Below, piece after piece: positions 9,002-16,368 of a stretch of 64,000 nt of DNA. Below the pieces are notes generated by a model. That model was not told the DNA's origin and searched no databases. It saw nothing but the letters and a program-made list of their open reading frames with translations. Source of the stretch: an uncultured delta proteobacterium. Its GTDB lineage: Bacteria; Myxococcota_A; Polyangia; Palsa-1104. The DNA lies in assembly GCA_963785725.1 (NCBI GenBank), contig CAWAWS010000007.1, positions 608,001 through 672,000 of the forward strand. The letters run 5' to 3'. The position numbers and the translations under genes are program-made. Numbering within the stretch: position 1 is the stretch's first letter; each line of letters starts with the position of its first letter.

Positions 9002-10429
9002 ATGGCTGACGAGAAGACGAGCGACAAAGCGGCAGACAAAGGCAAAGAGGCGAAAGCGCCGGTGCAGAGCGCGGAAGACGCGGCGTCGGCCGAAGGCGCG
9101 ATCGATCCCAACACGTCGAAGCTCGGTAAGTTCATCCTCAAATATCACACGTTCTTGTCGAGCTTCGTCATCGGCGCGGTCGGCTTGATGGCGACGTCGA
9201 TCTGGCAATATCGGCAGTCGCAGACGACGCGCTGGCAGGCCGAGGCGCAGCAGAAAGTGGCCGAGACCCAGGCCGCCAACAGCTGGAAGATCGAGCGCGC
9301 CGAGATCCTCGCCAAGAACCTGCAGGTGCTGGCGTCGACGGGCGCGAACACGGTCGATCAGCGCTACGGCGTGCTCTTGTCGCTGGCGCGCGGCAATATC
9401 CTCGATCCCGAGTTGTCGGTCTCGTATGCGCTCGAGCTGGGCAAGGACAACCCCGATTACATGCAGTCGGTGCTGTCGAATACCAGCGACAAGGATTATC
9501 TGCGGCTGTCGCGCTCGTTCGTGCTCAGCTGCGATCAGAAGTACGGCGTCACGCGCGCCGTCGACGCCTGCGCGAACGACAAGCTGGCGCCGCGTTCGCG
9601 CGCGATGGGGCAGCTCATCCTCGACGAGACCGAGGCGGCGTCGGCGCAAAATCAGCCCGGTCCGCTCGTGATGTTGAAGGACGAGCGTCAGGTGCAGCAG
9701 AACGTGCAGCGCTTCGAGGCGCTGTTCACGCCGACGCTGACCGACTATTACGAGCGCCGCCTGTGGAACGACGTGACGAAGTTCGAGAACTATTCGCCGG
9801 GCGCGCATCTGGTGGCGGCGTTGGTGTTGGCGGCGGCGCGCACCGGCGAATTCCAGACGGCGGACGCGGCCAAGCAGCTCGACGAGTTCCACGCCGCGCA
9901 GACACAGTGGCTGACGAAGTACATGATGAGCACCAGCTGCGACGCCGAGTGCAAAGGCAAGATCCTCGAGGTGATGGTGTCGCAATACCAGGAGTCGCAA
10001 GGTGACTACGACATGTCGCTGCGCCAGCTGCTCGAGAGCCCGCACGCGACGTCGGGGGTGGCGATCTCGCGGCTGCACGCGCGGCTCTTATGGTGCCAGG
10101 TGGACGCCAGCGACCTGAATCCGCTGCGCGATCGCGTGCTCGTGCCGGCGGCGACGGAGATGCTGGCGAGGCCGAAGGCGGATCCGACGATCGTCGACGA
10201 CATCGTCGGGCTGGTGGCGCTGGTGCCCGAGCCGCCGACGACGGACGGCAATGCGACGGCGGCGTGGAAGGCGCTGATGACGACGCTCGACGGCAAAGCG
10301 AGCGCGCGCTTCGGGCGGATTTACAAGGAGCGCCGGGCGACGGCAGCGCGCGAGCGGACGGCGCCGCCGCCGGCGATGCGCAAGGTCAGCTTCTGCGGCG
10401 CGGCGGCGTCGGTGGCGCCGACCGAATAG
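9002..10429 (+). CDS. Hypothetical membrane-anchored protein
   Basis: 475-aa ORF whose ATG directly follows the dinB TGA; one N-terminal TM, a coiled coil, then a helical region with paired Cys; GC-rich third codon positions. Confidence 0.8.
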   Translation: MADEKTSDKAADKGKEAKAPVQSAEDAASAEGAIDPNTSKLGKFILKYHTFLSSFVIGAVGLMATSIWQYRQSQTTRWQAEAQQKVAETQAANSWKIERAEILAKNLQVLASTGANTVDQRYGVLLSLARGNILDPELSVSYALELGKDNPDYMQSVLSNTSDKDYLRLSRSFVLSCDQKYGVTRAVDACANDKLAPRSRAMGQLILDETEAASAQNQPGPLVMLKDERQVQQNVQRFEALFTPTLTDYYERRLWNDVTKFENYSPGAHLVAALVLAAARTGEFQTADAAKQLDEFHAAQTQWLTKYMMSTSCDAECKGKILEVMVSQYQESQGDYDMSLRQLLESPHATSGVAISRLHARLLWCQVDASDLNPLRDRVLVPAATEMLARPKADPTIVDDIVGLVALVPEPPTTDGNATAAWKALMTTLDGKASARFGRIYKERRATAARERTAPPPAMRKVSFCGAAASVAPTE

Positions 10430-10438
10430 CTGCGGCGA

Positions 10439-10741
10439 GTGGCCAAACGCCACGCGACAGCGACGGCGCGCACACGCCGCGCCCGTCGTCGTGCGTTTGC
10501 TTACCGAATCTGCTTATCGACCTTCATCGTCGGAGTGTGGACCTCTCGCAGCTGCCCGTTGGGCTGCGTGACCGTCGACAGCCGCTCCTTTTGCGCGCAG
10601 TGCGTGCCCGGCACCAGCTCGTGCGACGACGGCAATCTCTTGGTCTGCGGCGAGAATTACACGTGGCTGCCCGGCGGCCTGTGCCGCGCGAACGCCTGTC
10701 AATGCGGCGGCAAATGGCCCCACTGCGACGTCTGCAATTAG
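10439..10741 (+). CDS. Small Cys-rich hypothetical protein or gene remnant
   Basis: Ten Cys in the C-terminal ~65 aa (CVPGTSSCDDGNLLVC...); start uncertain. Confidence 0.4.
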   Translation: MAKRHATATARTRRARRRAFAYRICLSTFIVGVWTSRSCPLGCVTVDSRSFCAQCVPGTSSCDDGNLLVCGENYTWLPGGLCRANACQCGGKWPHCDVCN

Positions 10742-10742
10742 C

Positions 10743-11210
10743 TCAGCGCTTGAAGACCCAATAGCGATTGCCGGGATAGTTCCAGGCCAGATAGACGACC
10801 ACCTGCGAGATCAGGAACGCCAACACCGGCTCCACGTGCAGGCGATACGAGAAGAATGACGGTATCGCCGTGTTCAAGACCAAGCTGCCTGCGAAGATGA
10901 CCAGCTGCTTTGCGTATTGGGCGCGAACGTCGCCGATCTCCGCCGCTTCGAAGGCCCAATATTTGTAGAGCAGGAAGCTGATGGCGTTGGCCATGAACTG
11001 GACCGACGAATAGGCCAGCCAGGCGCGCACGTGCACAACGTGGACGAGGATCGGCAGCAGCGCGAACTCGGAGCCGGTGGCCGCGATCGACGCGATGGTG
11101 GAGCGGGTGAGCGTGCGCACGTGCGACGGCGGCGACGCGGCGCCGGGCGCCGTCACCGACGACGGCGACGCGGGTGGCGACGGCGGCGCGGCGTCCGCGC
11201 CGTCGGTCAT
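10743..11210 (-). CDS. GtrA family membrane protein
   Basis: SIAATGSEF...ISFLLYKYWAF...AWNYPGNRYWVFK; ATG overlaps the upstream stop (ATGA). Confidence 0.85.
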   Translation of the reverse strand: MTDGADAAPPSPPASPSSVTAPGAASPPSHVRTLTRSTIASIAATGSEFALLPILVHVVHVRAWLAYSSVQFMANAISFLLYKYWAFEAAEIGDVRAQYAKQLVIFAGSLVLNTAIPSFFSYRLHVEPVLAFLISQVVVYLAWNYPGNRYWVFKR

Positions 11211-12520
11211 GCGCGGTGCGCTTGCAGCGCCGCCAGCGACGCTTCGAGCAGGTCGACGCCTTCGCGCACTTCGGCCTCGCTCACGACGAGCGGCGGGTTG
11301 ATGCGGATGCGCGGCGAGTAGCACATCGTCAGAAGGCCGCGGCCCAGCGCGTTCTTGAACAGCCACTCGCAGTCGGGCTTCGCCAGCGGCGCCTGCGTCT
11401 CGGGATCGACGAGATCGACGGCGCACATGAGGCCGAGGCCGCGCACGTCGCCGACGACGTCGAAGCGGCGCAGGCGCTGCAACTCGCCGAGCAGCAGCTC
11501 GCCCATGCGTGCGGCGTGACGATCGAGCTGCTCGTCGACGATGACGCGCGTGACGGCGTCGGCGGCGGCGCAGGCCAGCGGCGAGCCGCCGTACGACGAC
11601 GACGAGAACGACGGCCGGCTCCACGGATCGGCGTCGGCCACGATCTTGTCGGTGGTGACGACGCCGGCGACCGGGAAACCACCGGCGACGCCCTTGCCGA
11701 ACGTCAAGATGTCGGCCTCGAAGCCGAACGTCTGCTGCGCGAACATGCGGCCGGTGCGACCCCAGCCGGTGATCATCTCGTCGGCGATGAAGAGCGCACC
11801 GTGCTTGTGGGCGATGTCGCGGACGCCTTCCAAGAAGCCGGGCGGCGGCAGGATGTTGCCCGCCGTGCCTTGCACGGGCTCGACGAGAATGGCCGCCAAT
11901 TTACCGGTCGTCGACAGCTTGATCGTGCGCTCGAGCTGCTCGAGATCGCCCCACGGCGACAGATAATTTCCCGCCGGCAGCGGCCCGAGGCCGTGCTTGA
12001 AGTCCGAGCCCATGAGCGCGAGCACGCCCGTCGTCTTGCCGTGAAAGCCGCCCCAAAAGGCGATGACCTCGTGCTTCTTCGTGTGCGCGCGCGCCAGCCG
12101 CAACGCCGACTCGACCGCTTCGGCGCCGCCCGAATACAACATCGTTCGCGTCAGCGCACCCGAGCCGATCTGTCCCGTCTGCTGCGCGATGCGCTCGAGC
12201 AGCGACGCGCGCGCCTCCGACGCGTAGCTGCCCGACGTCAACGCCAGCGCTTGGCGATGCAGCGCTTCGGCGAGCGCCGGATGGCCGTGCCCGAGCGACG
12301 CGACGCCGATGCCGGCGACGAAATCGAGGAAGCGATTGCCGTCGGCGTCGATGAGGACGGCGCCGTCGCCGCCTTCGAACGCCAAGCCAGCCAGCGTCGA
12401 AATCTGCTGAATTCCCGGCGCGAGATAGGGCTTTTCACGGGCGCTGATGGCGCGTGACTTCGGTCCCGGCAGCGCGGTCATGACATGCGCCCGTTTAGGG
12501 GGCGTCGAACGGTTCATCAT
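11207..12520 (-). CDS. Class III PLP-dependent aminotransferase
   Basis: DADGNRFLDF, SGGAEAVESA, FHGKT, EPVQG, ADEMITGWGRTG, TFGKG (PLP Lys); start MMNRS overlaps the upstream stop. Confidence 0.9.
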   Translation of the reverse strand: MMNRSTPPKRAHVMTALPGPKSRAISAREKPYLAPGIQQISTLAGLAFEGGDGAVLIDADGNRFLDFVAGIGVASLGHGHPALAEALHRQALALTSGSYASEARASLLERIAQQTGQIGSGALTRTMLYSGGAEAVESALRLARAHTKKHEVIAFWGGFHGKTTGVLALMGSDFKHGLGPLPAGNYLSPWGDLEQLERTIKLSTTGKLAAILVEPVQGTAGNILPPPGFLEGVRDIAHKHGALFIADEMITGWGRTGRMFAQQTFGFEADILTFGKGVAGGFPVAGVVTTDKIVADADPWSRPSFSSSSYGGSPLACAAADAVTRVIVDEQLDRHAARMGELLLGELQRLRRFDVVGDVRGLGLMCAVDLVDPETQAPLAKPDCEWLFKNALGRGLLTMCYSPRIRINPPLVVSEAEVREGVDLLEASLAALQAHRA

Positions 12521-13290
12521 CGGGCGTCTCGTTTGTCGAGTCCGGCGAGCACGAAGCGTGCGCGCCAGATGGCGGTGACATTGGCGGTGACAGCCATGAG
12601 CGCCAGCATCGCGATGACGCTGAAGAAGCGCGGATGGACGACGCCGGGCTCGGTGTAGTGAGCCACGATCGGTGCGGTGCAAGTGGCGAAGCCGAGATAG
12701 ACGCCGCGCTCGTGGCGCTGCATCCAGCCGACGTTGGGATCGATGCCGACCGACTCGCCTTTGGCGCGCGTGTAGCTCGTCAGCGTCGAGCCGATCATCG
12801 TCGCCGTGGCCAAGGCCAGCGGCAGCAAATCGTTGCGGTAGTAGTACATGAGGCCGAGGAACGCGATGAGATCGTTGTAGCGATCGATCGTGGCGTCGAA
12901 GAATTCGCCGGCTTCCGAGGAGACGTTGGTCTTGCGGGCGACGATGCCGTCCCAGGCGTCGCACATGAAGCCGAAGAGCAGCGCCCAGCCGCCTTCGAAG
13001 AAGCGACCGCCGGCGAAGCAGAACGCGGCAGCGACGGTGAAGACGAGCGACAGCACCGTGATCATGTTGGGCGTGACGCCGAGGCGAACGCAGGCGCGCG
13101 CCGGCCCGTCGAACATCCAGTAGCCGTACTCCATGAGCACGCGCGGCAAGTAGGGCGAGCGAGCGATGCGATCGATGCGGGCGGTTCGCGGCATGCCACG
13201 CACTGCGCTCAGTCCCAGAAATACGAGGAACATGAGGGCCCAAAAAGCCACGGGCAGGGCGTACAACCAGACGAACATCCGGCGAATCAT
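12517..13290 (-). CDS. CDP-alcohol phosphatidyltransferase family protein
   Basis: GVTPNMIT and the signature DAWDGIVAR...GEFFDATIDRYND, SYTRAKGE, MQRHER. Confidence 0.9.
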   Translation of the reverse strand: MIRRMFVWLYALPVAFWALMFLVFLGLSAVRGMPRTARIDRIARSPYLPRVLMEYGYWMFDGPARACVRLGVTPNMITVLSLVFTVAAAFCFAGGRFFEGGWALLFGFMCDAWDGIVARKTNVSSEAGEFFDATIDRYNDLIAFLGLMYYYRNDLLPLALATATMIGSTLTSYTRAKGESVGIDPNVGWMQRHERGVYLGFATCTAPIVAHYTEPGVVHPRFFSVIAMLALMAVTANVTAIWRARFVLAGLDKRDAR

Positions 13291-13359
13291 ATGCGCGACC
13301 GACGTGACCGCAAGCCTGAAATAAGCTACGAACGTGTTGAATTTCTGACAGGTATGAGG

Positions 13360-14145
13360 ATGATGCGGACTCTTTTGATCTTCGTAATCTTGGCTTCGGC
13401 GGCGTGTGCCGCGCATAAGCCGACTCCAGTCGCGCCGGTGCCCGAGAAAGCCGCGGCGGAAACGCCGGCGCAGCCGACTACGCCGACGCCGGTAGCGCCG
13501 CCGATGGACACGGTGGCGACGCCCGATGCGGCGCAGGCGGCATCGCCCGGGAACAATGCGGCGCCCGCCGTCGTCGCGCCGCGCGCGGGCGACAAGGCCG
13601 TCAAAGCGGCGAGCAAAGATCATACGGTCGACGGGCGGCCGCTCCTGCGCATCGGCGGCGGCGCTCGCGTCGTCGACGGCGCCAAGTGGTACGACGCGAC
13701 GCTGTGGGTCGACGACGTCGACGGCAAGCGCGCCTTTCCCGCGCTGGCGATGCGCGCCGGCGGACGCGACAAAGCGCGGCTCGTGCACGGCGATCACGCG
13801 CCGGCGTTCGTCGTCTGGGGCCGCTTCAACAAGCAGCTGGTCCTGCATTTCGTCAAAGCGGTGAGCGCCAAGCAGCTGCGTGACGACATGGCCGACGCCA
13901 TCGAGCAGGGCCGCGGCGGCGACGCCTTCTTGGCGCTGCTCGGCGACGCCGCGGCCGGCGACGAGTGGATCTTGACGACCAAGGACAACGGCGAGCTGCA
14001 GCTCGATGCCGGCGGCGAGACGAAGACGACGCCGCAGAGCCCGAAGCTCGTGCGCGCCGTGTGGAGCATCTGGCTCGGCCCGAAGGCGGTGGCGCCGGAG
14101 CTGCGCCAGTCGCTCATCGGCAACATCGATCTGCTCGGTCGGTGA
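13360..14145 (+). CDS. Chalcone-isomerase-like (fatty-acid-binding fold) lipoprotein
   Basis: Lipobox-like LASAAC, Pro/Ala linker, C-terminal SPKLVRAVWSIWLGPKAVAPELRQSL. Confidence 0.65.
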   Translation: MMRTLLIFVILASAACAAHKPTPVAPVPEKAAAETPAQPTTPTPVAPPMDTVATPDAAQAASPGNNAAPAVVAPRAGDKAVKAASKDHTVDGRPLLRIGGGARVVDGAKWYDATLWVDDVDGKRAFPALAMRAGGRDKARLVHGDHAPAFVVWGRFNKQLVLHFVKAVSAKQLRDDMADAIEQGRGGDAFLALLGDAAAGDEWILTTKDNGELQLDAGGETKTTPQSPKLVRAVWSIWLGPKAVAPELRQSLIGNIDLLGR

Positions 14146-14157
14146 TAAACTGATCGC

Positions 14158-15174
14158 GTGATGCCCCGACTCGGCCACGCGCTGGTACTGCTGCTGGCCT
14201 TGACGCGCGTGGCCGGCGCCAACGAGCCGACGAAGCTGCGCGTGGCGACGATGGCGCCCGAAGGCTCGGGCTGGGCGCGCGCGATGCACGCGTTCAGCGA
14301 GGAGCTGGCGACCGAAACCGCGGGCGCGGTGCAGCTGCGTTGGTATTTGGGCGGCATGGCCGGCGACGAGCTGACGACCATCGATCGCCTGCGCCGCGGC
14401 CAGCTCGACGGCGCGGCGCTGTCGCAAGGCTGCGAAAGATTGGCGCCGTCGCTGCGCGTGATGCGCATTCCCGGCCTGACGCGCTCGCGGGACGAAGTGC
14501 ACTACCTCATCGGCCAGCTCGGTCCACGCGTCGAGAAGGAGCTGCACAAGAACGGCCTCGTCGGCCTGGCGCTCGGTGAATTCGGGCCTATTTTGCTGTT
14601 TTCGCGCACGCCGATTCGCACCTACGAAGAGCTGGCGCCGCTCAAAGTGTGGGTCTGGGATCGCGACGACGTCTGGGTGCAGCTGTTGCGCGCGATGGGC
14701 ATGTCGCCGGTGCCGCTGCCGGTCGATCAGGCGGCGCGCGCGTTCGACGAGCATCGCATCGACGGCTTCACGGCGGTGCCGGCGGCGGCGCTCGTGTTCC
14801 AATGGTCGACGCAAGCGCGCTGGTTCACCGACTTGAGCATGGGCATGCTGCCGGCCTGCCTCGTCATGTCGCAGTCGGCGCTGGACGCGCTGCCGCTCGA
14901 TCAGCAGAACACGCTGCGCACGGCGGCGGCGCGGTTCGGTGAGCGCTTCGAAGGCGAAGCGGCGCGGCTCGACGCGGCGCTCTTGGGCGGCCTGCTCGAG
15001 CGCCAAGGCATGCACCGCGTGGCGTCGGACGAGGCCTTGCGCGAGACGTTCTACGGCGCCGCGCGGCAGGCGCGCGACTCGGGCGGCGCGCAAGGCATGG
15101 TCGAGCCCGAGCTCTTGCGCAAAGTGCTCGGCTGGCTAGCCGACTACCGCGCCGAGCACTATCCCTCCCGCTAA
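14158..15174 (+). CDS. dctP: TRAP transporter substrate-binding protein (DctP/TatP-like)
   Basis: Signal peptide, then LRVATMAPEGSGW...YLGGMAGDE...GQLDGA. Confidence 0.8.
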   Translation: MMPRLGHALVLLLALTRVAGANEPTKLRVATMAPEGSGWARAMHAFSEELATETAGAVQLRWYLGGMAGDELTTIDRLRRGQLDGAALSQGCERLAPSLRVMRIPGLTRSRDEVHYLIGQLGPRVEKELHKNGLVGLALGEFGPILLFSRTPIRTYEELAPLKVWVWDRDDVWVQLLRAMGMSPVPLPVDQAARAFDEHRIDGFTAVPAAALVFQWSTQARWFTDLSMGMLPACLVMSQSALDALPLDQQNTLRTAAARFGERFEGEAARLDAALLGGLLERQGMHRVASDEALRETFYGAARQARDSGGAQGMVEPELLRKVLGWLADYRAEHYPSR

Positions 15175-15287
15175 AACAGTGTCGCCTGGCTCGTGATCCA
15201 TCGCGAGATCCAGCGTCCGGCGCTGCGGTGACTGCTCACATACCAAACGTATGCTGCGCGGGCCGGGTGACACTGTTCAATCGCCGG

Positions 15288-15665
15288 CTATTCGAGGTCG
15301 ATGGGCGTGGGCGTCGTCGGGATGGTGTCGCCGAGCGTGATCGTGGCGGTGCCTTCGGCGACGATGTTCTGCTTGCTGTCGAGCGCGTCGAGGATGACGA
15401 AGTTGGGGCCGCCCGGCAGCTGGTTGTACTGCCAGCGCGCGCCGTTGATGCACGGGATGGGCTCGATCGAGACGTCGTTGCAGTCGCTGCGCAGCTCGAT
15501 GGCCAAGGACGCGATGCCTTTGCAGCCTTGATCGGCGTTCGGCGGCTGCGACTTCACCGTCCACGACAAGAGCACGATGCCGTCGGGACATTGGCCGCCG
15601 TTATTGCCGTTGCTGCTGCCGCAGCCGGCGACGAGAAGCACGATGGAAAGCCCGAGCGTGCGCAT
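15288..15665 (-). CDS. Hypothetical lipoprotein
   Basis: Lipobox LVAGC; several additional Cys. Confidence 0.7.
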   Translation of the reverse strand: MRTLGLSIVLLVAGCGSSNGNNGGQCPDGIVLLSWTVKSQPPNADQGCKGIASLAIELRSDCNDVSIEPIPCINGARWQYNQLPGGPNFVILDALDSKQNIVAEGTATITLGDTIPTTPTPIDLE

Positions 15666-15699
15666 GATACGCTCGAATCGTGGCCTTAAGTCGCGCCTG

Positions 15700-16368
15700 A
15701 TGCCAACCGTTTTTGTGCTCCTCGTCGCCGCGCTGTTCGCGGACCTGCGCTTGACCGCCGAGCTCGTGGGCTTGCGCGTGCGCGCTCAGCTGCACAACGA
15801 CGGCGACGCGGCGGTCACCGTCGTCGTCGGCGACAAGTGCGCGGTGGCGGCGCCGTTCACGCTCGTCGTCGACGGCAAGCCGCGCCCGTTCATCGGCAGC
15901 GACGGCCCTTGTCAGCTGGCGCAGCCGATCAAGCAGACGCTCGCCGCCGGCGGCAGCTACGCCATCATGTCCGACACGCTCGACGGCCGGCGCCACACGA
16001 TCGAAGCCCGCTACGAAGGCATCGCCGCGCCGCTGCTGCACGCCGAGACCGAGCTGCGCGTCGAGCTGAAGCTGGCGGGCACGGCGCACGTGGCGGCGGG
16101 CAAGTCGGTCGACCTCGAGCTGTCGCACCTGAATCGCAGCCCGGAAGAGACGCCGCTGCCGACGTGCGGGGAAGATCGCCTGCTCGTCGACGGCAAAGAG
16201 GTGGCCTGGCCGGCGACGGAGGCGTGCAACCCGGCGCCGCAATCGATCCGTGTGCGGGGCGCGTTCGTGACGCGCGGGCGGCTGCGGCTCGACGCCGGCA
16301 CGCACACGGTGCGGGCGCGTTGGCGCGCCGCGCAGTCCAACGACGTCATCATCGAGGTCGCGCCTTAG
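15700..16368 (+). CDS. Hypothetical secreted protein with two Ig-like halves
   Basis: Hydrophobic N-terminus; two similar halves (LVVDGK...C and LLVDGK...C). Confidence 0.65.
   Translation: MPTVFVLLVAALFADLRLTAELVGLRVRAQLHNDGDAAVTVVVGDKCAVAAPFTLVVDGKPRPFIGSDGPCQLAQPIKQTLAAGGSYAIMSDTLDGRRHTIEARYEGIAAPLLHAETELRVELKLAGTAHVAAGKSVDLELSHLNRSPEETPLPTCGEDRLLVDGKEVAWPATEACNPAPQSIRVRGAFVTRGRLRLDAGTHTVRARWRAAQSNDVIIEVAP

Noticed and set aside
11207..15093. Long fused ORFs in the track (678 aa, 858 aa; also 48458-50527 and 59670-62138)
   Set aside because: The N-terminal extensions are off-frame or antisense overlaps of neighbouring genes; true starts were reassigned to internal codons, mostly at stop/start overlaps.
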